A stretch of 63,404 bases of DNA, counting the filler, from Reticulomyxa filosa (taxonomy: Eukaryota > Protista > Foraminifera), in NCBI GenBank assembly GCA_000512085.1. It is 27 parts of 27 records of this genome, joined end to end, with 100 filler letters (N's around TTAATTAATTAA, not from the genome) between each part and the next. Parts side by side here need not be neighbours in the genome. Positions count along the whole stretch, not along the records: positions 36,538 to 37,566 come from ASPP01014938.1; positions 37,667 to 39,113 come from ASPP01028020.1; positions 39,214 to 41,186 come from ASPP01028200.1; positions 41,287 to 44,732 come from ASPP01023104.1; positions 44,833 to 46,092 come from ASPP01017260.1; positions 46,193 to 49,712 come from ASPP01003966.1; positions 49,813 to 51,563 come from ASPP01038026.1; 20 more parts are not named here. One strand, 5' to 3'. Positions 37,017-49,850 of this stretch are shown here, one piece after another; position 1 is the first letter of the stretch; each line of letters begins with the position of its first letter. The position numbers and the translations under genes were made by a program. The notes under the pieces were generated by a model. The model was not told the origin of the DNA. It saw only the letters and a program-made list of their open reading frames with translations, and ran no database searches.

Positions 37017-37566
37017 ATGACCATCAAAGCCAAACTCATCCTGTTTACCCTGTTAGCCCTGCTGGCTGCACTGGTGCCCAGCTTTGTCGGCCTGCGCCAG
37101 CTGCAAGCCACCGAGGCCAAACTTGAAGACGTCAATGGCCGGCTGATGCCGCGCCTGACGCTGGTGGCCAATATCCGCAGCACCTTCAAGGATTTGCGCA
37201 TCGAGAACATCTATCTGGTGTACGAGGGGGCGCCGGCGTTTCGCGATGCGGCCAACCGTCGCCGCAGCGAAGCCATCAGCAAACTGGAAGGCTATCTGAA
37301 ACAGTATCAGAGCGGTGCCAGCGCAACCGCCGAGCAGCAGATGCACCAGCGCTTCATGCAGCAGCTGGGCGAGTACAACAACCGCTTTGACGGCCTGATG
37401 GCGCTGCGCGCACAGCAGGCCCCGGCAGACAAGATGACGGCTGCGGTGGACAGCTGGCGCAGTGTGGGCACGCAGCTGGGAAACTCGGTTTCCGCGCTGG
37501 TCAACGCCATTCTTGACGACACCGCGCGTACCCGCGAGCAGGCCCGAACGGGGATGTGGCCCCAGG
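37017..37566 (+). CDS. Chemoreceptor with four-helix-bundle periplasmic sensor, 5' part, bacterial
   Basis: MTIKAKLIL followed by a TM helix and a helical 4HB_MCP-like domain. It starts 6 nt after the upstream MCP stop. Confidence 0.75.
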
Positions 37567-39874
37567 NNNNNNNNNNNNNNNNNNNNNNNNNNNNNNNNNN
37601 NNNNNNNNNNTTAATTAATTAANNNNNNNNNNNNNNNNNNNNNNNNNNNNNNNNNNNNNNNNNNNNGTTTGGTTGTTTTTATCTACCAAAATTGCATGAA
37701 AATCCACAATTTTAAGACTCGTTTTTTCTATTGTTCTAAAACTTTTTATGTAAAGTCATCAATCTCTTTCATGCAAATTAGAAAGATTAACCCCGTCAAT
37801 CGATATTTTGTAGAAAAATTGGTGATTTAAAATAATGAAAACATTATTATATCAAGTTGGATCAACACTTTTGGCTTGTTATTGTAAAAACAAAATAACA
37901 AGCTTTGCAGTTAAATTTTACAATGCATAAAATCATTTAAGTAACTAAGAATAACAACAAATTGCTATTTGACCAAAATATCAATCGACAGCAAAAAAAA
38001 AAAAAGATTCCTTAAAATGAACACCTATAAACATTTGTAAGTTTATTCATGAAAAATTAATCCTTTTTTAAATGATACACACATCCTGGAGAATCCAAAA
38101 ATGTATTTAGTTTTTATAAAAGTATAGAAGACCATGAAAAAACGCTAATTTTTTTCCATTTTCTGAAAATTTCAAAAAAAGTTAATGATTTGCGATTCAT
38201 TCTGATATTAAAAGGTAAAATATTGGACGTTCTACTTTGCTTTTTTATATGAAAAAACTTCGAAAATAATGATTTATATATTTGCTCTTAAAAAAATCTT
38301 TTTACTTTCAATTGCAATTAATTAAGCATTTTCTTTCTTTTATTACACAAAATCTTAATTGTAAATGCTAAAAAAAATCTATTTTCAGCATATCCCAATC
38401 AGTAATTATTTCAATCACAATGCACAAACATACTATATACACACTTGTATTAACCATTATCAGAAATCCAAGTGAATCTCAGAACTCTCTTTTTTCTGGT
38501 TCACACTCACTTCACTCCTCGGTCTTTCGTTCTTCTTGGTTTTGCTTGTTTGTTTTTAGATCAGTATTTCTCGTTCTTTAACAAATTTCGTTTTGTTGAA
38601 AGTTTGCTCATGAGAGCTACTCAACATTTCGTATTACACTTTGCACAGTTCTTTTCAGTAGCAGACATTCCAACAAATGTTGAAGCAATTAGTCTGCCAA
38701 AAGCTCACAGATTTGACAAAGCAAGAGTATTACGAAAAGCAAATCCAAGAATTGAGCAATGAGTTGGAAGATGCTCATGTATCCAATTGTTTGTGTGTGT
38801 GTGTTTTGACAAACAAAGATATAACCACTCTAGTTTGTCTGTTTTAATAGAAAAAAGCTGCAATGTTTGAAGAAGAGAAATCGAAACTGAATCCTGACAA
38901 CATTGAGAAATTCCAATTTGCACAGTTAAAAATTCAAGTGTACGAAAACAAGATCAAATTACTAACACAACAGCTGACGGAATGCAGGTTGGAAGTGGTC
39001 TGCCTTTTTTTCCATTGTTTTACAGAGAAAAACTGGAGCAAATAAAAACACTGCAAGCAATGCACCGAGAAAACCAATTGAAAATGAACAAAATGAATCA
39101 GAAGTTGGCTCAANNNNNNNNNNNNNNNNNNNNNNNNNNNNNNNNNNNNNNNNNNNNTTAATTAATTAANNNNNNNNNNNNNNNNNNNNNNNNNNNNNNN
39201 NNNNNNNNNNNNNGTACAATCAAAATATTCGGATTGCTTCCACTCGTCAATAAGCGGATGAATAACTCGCAGACATCTGGAATAAGACTCAGCCATAGAC
39301 ACTGGTGTACAGGTTTGTTTTTTTTTTTGTTTCCTCTTTTTCCAAAAAAAAAAAGGAATAGGACTTAATTGCACATACATAAATCAACAATGTCGCATCA
39401 ACTAGTTGAAAGTGTTCTCCGATCTCTGCACAGCCATGCGCGTATTTGCAAGTGCGGTATTTGTGATATTGTTATATATTTCATCAGTGTGAATACATAT
39501 CACGTGACACTATTGATAATCGATTTGTTGTGCTTGTGTCTGCGCAAAGAAAACGTGCGTTTGAAAAGGTACATATCGAAAAGACAAAACAAGAGCACGC
39601 TACTGTTATGGCTATTGAAACAATGGCAGCAATAATGGAGAGCAGTCAAATGAAGCCGAAAACGAAAACGAAAATGAAAATGGAAAATAAGAATGAAAAT
39701 GAAAAGAACACAACAGAGACAGAAGTAGAAACTGTACTTTTTCTCCTTCTGCTCATCGCAGACACATGCGCTCATATGCGAGACAGACTGTCAGTGTTTA
39801 TACTCGCTTCTGTTCATGGACTAAAACATCCAAATAAAATTATTCAAAAGAAACTATATTATGGTCATTTGATA

Positions 39875-41090
39875 GATCTGGGCGTATTTTGGTGATGAAT
39901 TATGTCAGTGTTTGGAAAAAAAGAGTAATAGAAAAAACAACAGGTTATAATGAATGGAATTCTTTCATAAACAGTGACAAAGAGCCAATTTGTGTCACCA
40001 AAAAACATTATTCTTATCGAGTAAGTACAGTAATTGGAGGAAGTAATAATCATTTGTTGTTTATTATCTATTATAAATTTATTGATATGTTTGATTTAAA
40101 TACCTGTAAATATGTTGCTAATGTTCAACAATTGGGTCATTATTCAGATATTGTTAACAATGCAAAGTTCTCATCTGATGGAAAAATGATAGTGTCGTGT
40201 TCAAATGATCACATAATTTGATTATGTGATGTTGTCAAGGAAGGAAATAAAAAAAATTTGAAGAACATACTAATTATGGTAACATGTGCATGCTTTTCAT
40301 CAAATGAAAGTATTATGTTTCAGGATCAAAGCATTGCAAAATACGACTTTGGAATGTGAAATCTGGTAAAAAAAATAACAGTTTATGCATCTGCAATGTA
40401 ATTAACATGCAATTTTCATCAAATGATCAATTTCTTACATTCTTTTCTCATGATTTTATGACTCAAATATGGAATTTGCAAATTGGAGGAAAAATTATTG
40501 TGTGCTCTAATGATCAAACAATTAGAATCTAGAATGCAACATTACATACAAAAATCAAATTGTAGAAAAATATGCAAAGATGAGGAATGGTCGAATTGTG
40601 TATTGATATTTGACAATATTCTGAAAATGGTTACCATTTTTATGAAAATTCGAGCAAATACTCATGTGATTTTGATGAGTGAAACTGGATGTGGGAAAAC
40701 ATTTTTGATCAAATTTTTGGGACATGTTGTGAATGTGCTGATTGCAGTGGATGTTCATGCAGGATTTGAAAGATATGAAATACGTCAAATGACGAAAGAT
40801 TGCAATGAACGGTTGTCCAAAGACAAAAGAAAAAAGGAATGTAGATATTTTTAGATGAAGTGAATACATTTCCTGACATCGAATGGTTCAAAGAACTCAT
40901 TGTGATCACAGTTTGGATAGTGTGAAAATCAGTGATCAAATCAAGATTATTGCAATATGTAATCCTTATCAACCAAGAAAAATACAAAACATTGAGTCAA
41001 TGAATTTGAGTAGCCTATCAAGCAAATGAGTGTATTGTGTTGTCCTTTGTGTGATGCAATGAAGGAATATATTCGCCCCTTTGGACAAAA
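39875..41090 (+). pseudogene. Decayed mosaic of kelch-like blade, WD40 repeats and RNF213-like AAA+ module
   Basis: MNYVSVW...IGGSNNHLLFI; then FSSDGKMIVSCSND and further broken WD40 units; then DNILKM...HVILMSETGCGKTFLIKFL...VHAG...FLDEVNT...IIAICNPY, matching the RNF213 PVIIMGETGCGKT / FFDEANT / IIAACNPY series. Confidence 0.8.
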
Positions 41091-41797
41091 TAAACAACTA
41101 TACCAATGCTTTTGATCTTATTCTTTGAATAATTCCAAGTAGTATTATGTGTTCAAAAATTAGCTTGAAACAACTACAAAAAAAAANNNNNNNNNNNNNN
41201 NNNNNNNNNNNNNNNNNNNNNNNNNNNNNNTTAATTAATTAANNNNNNNNNNNNNNNNNNNNNNNNNNNNNNNNNNNNNNNNNNNNTTTTTTTTTTTTGG
41301 TTACATGTTTCCACTTTAGTTGAATGTGCAATGTTTCATCAAGACACGCCTCCTAGAAAAAAGTTTTGGAAAAGGAAGAATCAAGACAAAAATATTGTTT
41401 TGTCCAACTTTGTTCGATTGGTGGTGAGTTCTTACATCTTTCAACATTCCGCGGTCAAGGTTAATGTAGTTCTGTTGGTTGTGGTTTTGTTATTTTTTCC
41501 AAATACATTTATACGAGTTTGTTATATTGGTGTTTATTTGAATAATTCTCCTTTTTTTGTTTTCTTTTTTTGTGATGTAGTTTGGTTTTGTTTTTTTAAC
41601 TTTCATCACAAAAAGCAGCATCCCCACATGATGATAACCTTGTATTTTTATTCATTTTTTCTCTCACGGATGTGCAATATTTAATCTGAAGGTACGAGTA
41701 CAGTTAAAATTTTGATGTTTGACAACAGGGTCTTAGTTATAAAACTCTGCAAAGGTTTTTTTCCAAAAGTGGCACAATATTTTCATTTCCCAAAAAG

Positions 41798-42940
41798 ATG
41801 GCCTCTTTTTGTAAAAATAGCAAAGATATTCAAGGGGAAGATTATTGTGGTAGCCGACTTGTATTGCTTTCGATATGTTTATTCTTTGAACTGTGTTGTG
41901 CAACCTATTCTTTTTATCATGTGTTTTTGACTCCTCCTGCGAAGGTGCTATTGATTCCGCTAGTTTTATATCACATTTTTGGTATAATTTACCTTATTGC
42001 AAACCTTATTGAAGACTCAATCGCGGAGTACTACTCTTGGCATTTAAATTATCCAAACTATTGCATAGTATTTGCAATAGTGGCGTGGGTTCCCCCAATT
42101 TTCTATTACGCGTCGATGGAGATCTTTTGGTTTTCACGACTAATGATCACTTTTGCGGGTACCGCATTTGAGTTTTCCAAGAAAATGGAGCGAGTATTTC
42201 AATGTATTGTGGTAGTAATGACAGCATTGGGATTTTTGGGGAGTTCAATGATCATTTACAATTCGACTTGTATTGAACGCAAGCGATGTCGAGATTACAA
42301 CTTATCTAATTACCGATACAGTTGTGGGATGGAAATACCCTGGGTTATGTATGTGTACGTTGCAGGAGGTAAAATGCGAATTTATATCTACCTATATACA
42401 TTTTTTGTGTTTATGCAAAGGATTCTTTGCACTGCATCACTTTATGTCGTACGTGCCAACGTATACATTAAAACAAAAAAATGATGCAACTGTTCGACGG
42501 GGGTTTAACGAAAAACAGGGTTCACTGGAATTGTCATTTGTTCTTCTTGGTTGAGCTTCGCATATATATCGCGACTGATGAAAATACAAATGAATATAAC
42601 ACGTTATAAGGACGTAGAAAGTATGTCCCCGACTGCAAGTGCTTCCACTTCCTCCTCCACTAGTCCGTGGTCCCGACAAGAAACGAGTATTATAAAAAGG
42701 TCTTGCGCTTTAGCAATAACTGCCTCGACGATGGAACTTTTATTAGTAATTATATTCATTGCCAACAGTGATGTCGGCTATTTGTTTGCTCTTCCGCAAA
42801 TTGTGCTTGAAGGACTCCTTATGCTTTGTGTGTTTCGTTTTGGCGACAATCTGTTTCATAAACTTTTTGGGTGCTGTACTTCCAAAATTGTGCAGAATCA
42901 AATTCAAAGACTTGAGATGATTAGTGGATATTCCCACTGA
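41798..42940 (+). CDS. Multi-pass (probably 7-TM, GPCR-like) membrane protein, two exons
   Basis: Successive hydrophobic helices, a Cys-rich loop, FWFSRL at the end of TM3, and a GT intron starting near 42369. Confidence 0.55.
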
Positions 42941-43219
42941 CTTTTTTTTTTTGCTGTTGTTTGTTTACTTTTTTTCTCAATGAAGTTTTGTTTTTTTCTC
43001 CTTTTGTTTTGAAAAGATGGTGTTTTTAAATCACCTTCAAATTATTTTTTTGTTAGCTAAAAATGAAGTTCATAACCTTACTTTTACGTTGTGAAACTAA
43101 TCTGAGTTTTGTTTGTTTTTTTTTTATTCTATTAAATAATTGGTTCCAAGTTTTTGTCGCAAAAAATCTCGGACTGTTCTTGCGTTCAATTTTTTAAAAA
43201 AAAACTCCATAGCTGTGAG

Positions 43220-44638
43220 ATGTTGAACACAGGTTTTAATCATCCAACAAAAGCAAAGTGGACAAAGAAATTGCTTGGTACTTCCTATTGTGGAAGCTCA
43301 TGTCAAAATATGTTCTTTGGGTCAGTGACCAAGTCTTATTCTTCCTCGCCGCATTCTTTTCGACCTACCCTTCCCCCCAGAAATACGGTTGGGTCTTATG
43401 AAGACTTGCGAAAACAATTTCAATGGCGTATTCCGCAGTATTTCAACATCGGAACGGCATGTTCCGACTATCATGTATCCGTTGGAAATGGACATATGCC
43501 TGCGTTGATTGATCACAACACAAACCAAGTTAAAGTGTCGATTCAAATATCAAATTTAAACTTTTTTTAAAAAAAAAAAAAAAGATAGAATCAATAAAAA
43601 TGTATATCGATACATAACAACAATAACAACAACGTGGCAATTGTGTTGGCAAGGTGTACAGTTATAACGACACTTCGAAGCTTTCAAATCAACTAAGTAA
43701 TGTGTTCAAACACAAATTGAAAGTCGAACGAGGCGAGCGAATTGCAATATTGTTGTCACAAAGTGTGGAAACAGGAATCGCACATTTGTCGAGTTTCAAG
43801 TCCGGTTGCATCAGTTTGCCATTGTTCACTTTGTTCGGCTTAGACGCCTTGTTGTTTCGACTCAACGATTCACAGTCAAAAGTCGTCATTACAAACACAG
43901 CCTGTTTGGACAACATTTTACAAATCCGCGATCAATTGCCACATTTGCAATTTATATTGTTACCGATTTGAAACATTCTGAGTTTTTATTTGCAAAAAAA
44001 AAATTATTTATTTTTTTAAATGTGGGTCCCTTTTTTTTTTTTGCTTTCTCATATTTTCCTTGCCTTTTTTTTGATAATAAAAAAAAACAGTGAAAAAAAA
44101 GGAATCTTTAGTTTTTATGAACTAATCGAACAAGCAAGTCGCGAATTTGTGCCAGTGCAAACGCGTGCAGATGACCCCGCGGTAATAATTTACACCAGTG
44201 GTACCACTGGCAATCCCAAAGGGTGCTTGCATGGTCATCGGGTGCTTTTGGGACACATGCCCGGAGTTGAAATGCCCCAAAACTTTTTCCCGCAAAAAGG
44301 AGATGTGTTCTTCACTCCTGCCGACTTTGCTTGGATTGGTAACCTTTTTTTTTTTTTTTTTTTTTTTTTTCTCCTCTGTTTTTATGTTCCTTTGTTGCGC
44401 ACTGTGCATGCTCAGCAGTGTATAGTATCGCATCGTACATTTTTTTTTTTTTTTTTATTCATGTATTTTCTTTATTTATTTATTTTTTTTTGAAAAGGGG
44501 GTTTATTTGATGCATTGCTGCCGTCATGGTACAATGGTATACCCATTGTCACCTTTCGTCCTGACAAATTCAGACCTGACGAGTGCATTCATCTGATGAA
44601 GAAGCACAATGTCAAAAATACCTTTATGCCACCCACAG
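43220..44638 (+). CDS. AMP-dependent acyl-CoA synthetase (multi-exon, 3' partial)
   Basis: YTSGTTGNPKG AMP-binding motif, FQWRIPQYFNIG, GERIAILLSQ, PLFTLFG, TPADFAWIG|GLFDALLP, FMPPT. GT-AG introns. Confidence 0.93.
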
Positions 44639-44832
44639 GTATCAATGTGTGTATGTATCTTTATAACTGTATCAAGTGTTGGACGAATACATAACAATTT
44701 TGTGTATGTGTATGTATGAAATGGGGGGGGGGNNNNNNNNNNNNNNNNNNNNNNNNNNNNNNNNNNNNNNNNNNNNTTAATTAATTAANNNNNNNNNNNN
44801 NNNNNNNNNNNNNNNNNNNNNNNNNNNNNNNN

Positions 44833-45929
44833 TCTTCTTCTTCTTCTTCTTCTTCTTCTTCTTCTTCTTCCTCTGCAACATCCACGTCTCCATCCAAGGC
44901 AAGTCCGAGCAGCAAACACAACGACGACATGGACGCCGCCGTGGAGCAGCTAGGACAACAACAGCTGCACGCACAAATCAAACACATGAAACAAGAGCTG
45001 TATCACGTCGACAAAGAAGTCCAACAAACATCCAAAATGGTGGAGCGACTTAAGCCCGCATACTTTCAAATCCTGGAAAATGAGCCCGAGGTATTAGTGT
45101 ATCATGACCGCAAAGAGAGCAAAGACAGCAAAGACAAACACAAAAACAAACTGACGTCAGAACAAACAGACTCCAAACCAAAAGTCTCTCCGTTGGCTGA
45201 TTTGGTGGCAAAACAAAAACTTTTGATGAATAAGCAGAAAACAACTTCCGGCGCTCAAAAAGGGTCTTTGGCTTTCATTGCTGAGCAAATGAGAGAAAAT
45301 GAAAAATTAGCAAAAGGTAATTTGTTTATCCATATATACATATATATATATATATTTATGTATATATGTATTTATGTATATATGTATATATGCATATATG
45401 TATAATATCATTATTATTATTATTGTTATTGATAATAATTCCATCACAGAAATGGCCTTGACCGAACAAAAAGAAGCAGAGGAAAGACTTGCTCGACGAC
45501 AAGCAGAACTAGATCGAATGAAAGAACATGCGTCCAAAGTTGAAGCAGCGAACAAGGAAAGTCCAATCATAGTTTCACAAGATCTGATGAAACAAACTAC
45601 TTTTGGATTGATTGTTCCCAAAAAGTCCAAACACATTCACAATGATTTGAAACAAGAGTTCATTCAACAGGTATTTAGATTTTTCTATTTGTTTGTTTGT
45701 TTGTTTGTTTGTTCGTCTGTCTACATATGGATTTGGAGAGATGGATGGAATGTTGAACTTTTACTTGATCATGTCACACAATTAGCTGGGAATGACTGAA
45801 CATGCCGATCCAACTGCTAACGCACCTGAACCGGAAAGTATTGACTCACACCAAGACTCAAACTGGAAACCCCCATCAAATCAAACGGGGGATGGTAAAA
45901 CTTGGTTGAATGAAAAATTTGGGTACTAA
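44833..45929 (+). CDS. SLC4A1AP: Kanadaptin-like protein, C-terminal part (spliced)
   Basis: Ends WKPPSNQTGDGKTWLNEKFGY*, the conserved kanadaptin C-terminus (W.PP..Q.GDG.T.LN.K.GY). The upstream coiled coil ends LKPA. Confidence 0.8.
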
Positions 45930-46329
45930 AAAGAATTGCTAAATGGATCTCGTTCTGCTTTCCCTCTCGCTTTTTTCTCTTTGGTTTTTTTTTTTTTTTT
46001 TTTTTTTGTTAATTGATTGATTGAACAAAAAAAAAAAAAATGGATAGTGTTGTGCACTACCAAGTGGACCAATTGTCGTTTTTCCCTTCCATNNNNNNNN
46101 NNNNNNNNNNNNNNNNNNNNNNNNNNNNNNNNNNNNTTAATTAATTAANNNNNNNNNNNNNNNNNNNNNNNNNNNNNNNNNNNNNNNNNNNNTATAAAAG
46201 CAAAATTGATGATAAATAAAGATTATATAAAAAATGAAAATAAAATATCTAAAATTTTTACAAGTTAGCTATCCTTTGACAAATATAATTGTATATATTG
46301 CATAACAAAAAGCACTTCGCGACCGTAGG

Positions 46330-49300
46330 CCTAGGGTAAAGCAGTCGACAGAGCAAAAATATTGTATGCTTCAGTGACCTGGTAATTACCAGCTATTGAA
46401 GAAATAATAAATAGGCCCTCCAAAATTATTGGTCGCGTCCCTAAGGCCGCGCGTAGCGCATTTGCATCAATTGTAGCGTGGACACTCTGAGACATTGCAG
46501 ATAATAACAATACAACATCATGGACCAAGTGGCTATTATTGATTATACTTATCTTATGTGACCCAGAAAGAGGCGGACTCAAGCATGCTAACGCGACAAC
46601 AAATGTCGTTATAAATAGGATCAAATTGTGGAGGGAGGATAATATCAAAAAACTTTGGGATGACTTTTGAGAACACTCAACTTCATTGCTAAGGCCAGTC
46701 AATGTGAAAAATTGGAACCATCATCTGGCACAAAGCTGGTGAGGGGACGCAAGTGGCACAAAGGGAATCTCCGCACAATGTCCCAAAAGAAATATCTTAT
46801 CCACCACCAACAGTAACCCCCCAATCGCGGCATACACAATCAACCGTCAATGGGCCAATCTGCCAATCAACATTATTCAACCAGCGCGTGCCAAATCCAA
46901 TGAATCAGACCATATCCGATCAGTCGCATCCAACCGGTCAATATTTGCCACTTACGAACATTCAAAAGGGGGCCCAAGATGAGAAAAATCTTGCAAATCC
47001 CTTCGGGGCAGGATGGTATACGTAGTAACGTATGCGCATTGGAATCGTCGAATTCATCAAGTGTCCACTCGAAACCAATTGAATGGAATTTCCAAGCTTT
47101 GGGATAATCAATTTCAAGGGAGACCCATCCGTTGCGGACGCCAACGCAATGCCCACTCAAGTGTCAAATGCCAACAACGGGAACAAAACCCCCGTGAACA
47201 TAGAATCATATCCACCGTCATTGCCGAGTTACATGAAGTACAGCCTCAAGACGATCACCACCAGCCGCATCGAAAGGGTATAAGGGAAATTGGAGAACTA
47301 AGGCCCAAATTTGGAAGAGCAATTCAAGTTGAACAACGCAATTGGGGGAATCGGTTGTTGATGATGCAATTACCATGTCGCATGCATACGGAACAAACCA
47401 TGTTATGCAACCACTAAGGAGCAGTCACAGCGAAAAAACGATGAGCCATACCCCCCTACGAAGATAGAAGAGGACAAGACATTGTGGGAGCAGTCGCCTA
47501 CGAGATCCAAAGGCAGACTCACAAATTGATCCGTTATTCAACGTCTCAAAAGAAACGTTTCATTCATCAACAACCGCAATCCACCAACCGCAATGGACAC
47601 AACAGAACGCCAATGGACCAAGCTGGCATTGCGAAACCTGACGGCAGCCCCAGACATATAGCAATAGGATCATTGTTAAGAAGGTCGGCAGGAGCCATTT
47701 TGTTGAAGAGGCATGCAGACAAAATCCAAAGTTTCGTTGGGCCCAACCAATTCGGTATCAATGTGAAAGCCGGAATAGAGCTATTTGTACATGGACTCAA
47801 GGCCATTCTTCAGCACATTCGACCGATTGAAGACGCAGTCGCAATCAAAGTGGACTTCAAGAACGCATTCAACGCATGTAAACGATCCAAACTTCTGGAT
47901 TTGATAAGAAGGCATATCCCAGAGCTGTATGGCTACGTCAAAGGTTGCTATGCATCGCAAGTCACGCTCTTTCTACCTAACGGCTCTATCATTCAATCGT
48001 GCTCCGTGGTGCATCAAGGTGACCCCTTGGGAGGGTCTATGTTCGCAATTGTGCTCGCGGATGCGTTGAAATCGGCACTCACATGCATAGATAACATATA
48101 TCATGCAGCATACCATGATGACCTAACAATGGCATCACTATCTTCAGCAACAATCATATTGGCATTAACATCTTTGGAAGCGCTAAAGGACAATCACGAA
48201 ATTCAAATCAATTATGCGAAAACAGAATGGATTTCCAATTTATCAAGAGCGCATCCAAGCCAATTCATTGGTATTACACACAATACAACATTTGACACAT
48301 CATTAGTTAGTATCCCCATCGGACGAACCACCCACATCAATGAAGAAATGGACGGCAGACAAAAAGAATGGGCATCCCAATTCGACAAAATAATCGCGTT
48401 ACGTCATTCGCAAACCATGCTTCTCTTGCTGCGAGGTTCCATGCAAATGGCGAAGGTTAATTACCATTCGATCCAATTTTGCCGGATACAGCTCCGGATG
48501 GGTTAAGAGATTCGACGATAAGATGAGGCAGACAATGGAAGCGATCACAGCTCATCCTATCACATCACAGCAATGGTTACAATGCCAACTACCAATTCGT
48601 CATGGCGGACTCGGCCTAAAGACAGCATTGCCATACACTGGCGCCGCATTTATTGCTTCCGTATTGGCAGCATCCAAACTCCTGCTATCGATTCACAAAT
48701 CAGTCAAGAACGTGAATTGGATACCAACCATTGAAATGGACAATGCTATTCATGATTATAACACACAAGCCCGATCGAGATAATATTATTGATCTAAACA
48801 TACTGCCATAGCAGTCACATTTATCCAAGGCCGTTTCGAAAAATATGCGCAAAAATTTCATCGATCATTGCAGTCCGAGGTCGAAGGCAATCATCTCATC
48901 ATTAGAGTCCAATCACGCATCGGCGTATCTATATGCCCTACCCAACAAATTTACAAACTCACATTTCGACAATAAGGAGTTCCAGTCATTAATACGATTT
49001 CGGCTATCACAACCACTTAAAGCAGACGTCAAGTGTCACGGTGGCTTTGATTGCCCATCGCAAATGGGTCAGCTAGGGGATCACGCATTGACCTGCCCCT
49101 TTGGCAAAAGTAGAATTTCCCGTCATAATCAATCACCACATGCATATCAACTTTACTAAAGCGTGCGGGATTAAATCACAAACGGGAGGCTCGTGCCGAC
49201 AGCAACAGTAACGCAAGACCTGGGGATATTATGATTAAATGGTTTGATAATGAAGCAGATCGCATCTTTTTTGACATCGGGGTAACACATAAAAACGTTA

Positions 49301-49414
49301 AAAATCATGAATCCGGAAGACTTAGGGCAGCCGATAAATACTTTAGGTTCAAGACGAAAAAATACAGAAAACCTATTTGCAAATTCCAGCTAGTTTTCTT
49401 TGCAACCCACTGTA
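46330..49414 (+). mobile_element. Decayed CRE-clade (RLE-type) non-LTR retrotransposon
   Basis: N-terminal RVPKAAR..RGG..RIKLW..LW; RT motifs KPDGSPRHIAIG, QFGI, KVDFKNAFN, HQGDPLG, AYHDD; LPIRHGGLG; zinc knuckle C..C...DHALTC...RHN; endonuclease RPGDI...DIGVTH...K..KY. Several stops and frameshifts. Confidence 0.9.
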
Positions 49415-49812
49415 CTAGGCTTGATGGACTTTGTGTGAGGGTTTTTAAACATGGTAAAAGGGCATTTATGTCCGCTCTTTTCGCTTTATATGCGCCTTCA
49501 GCGCATCTCAGTTTAATGTGAACGGCTGGGAAAGCCCCATTTTCAATCTATGAGTTTACCATTTTACAGTCAATGTACTATGAAAAAATCATGTTTTATA
49601 GGTTAATGGGAAATTGAGCAATGCTCACTATCTATTCATCGTAGAAACTTTCTGATTTCAGATTCGGATTCAGGACGTCTTGTTCTATAAGAAATGAAAA
49701 GATATTGCTTCANNNNNNNNNNNNNNNNNNNNNNNNNNNNNNNNNNNNNNNNNNNNTTAATTAATTAANNNNNNNNNNNNNNNNNNNNNNNNNNNNNNNN
49801 NNNNNNNNNNNN

Positions 49813-49850
<38 letters not shown>

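Noticed and set aside
4872-37566. Bacterial genes as horizontal transfers into the eukaryote
   Set aside because: Both GC-rich segments are whole contigs with operon layout and no eukaryotic flank. Contamination is the simpler explanation.
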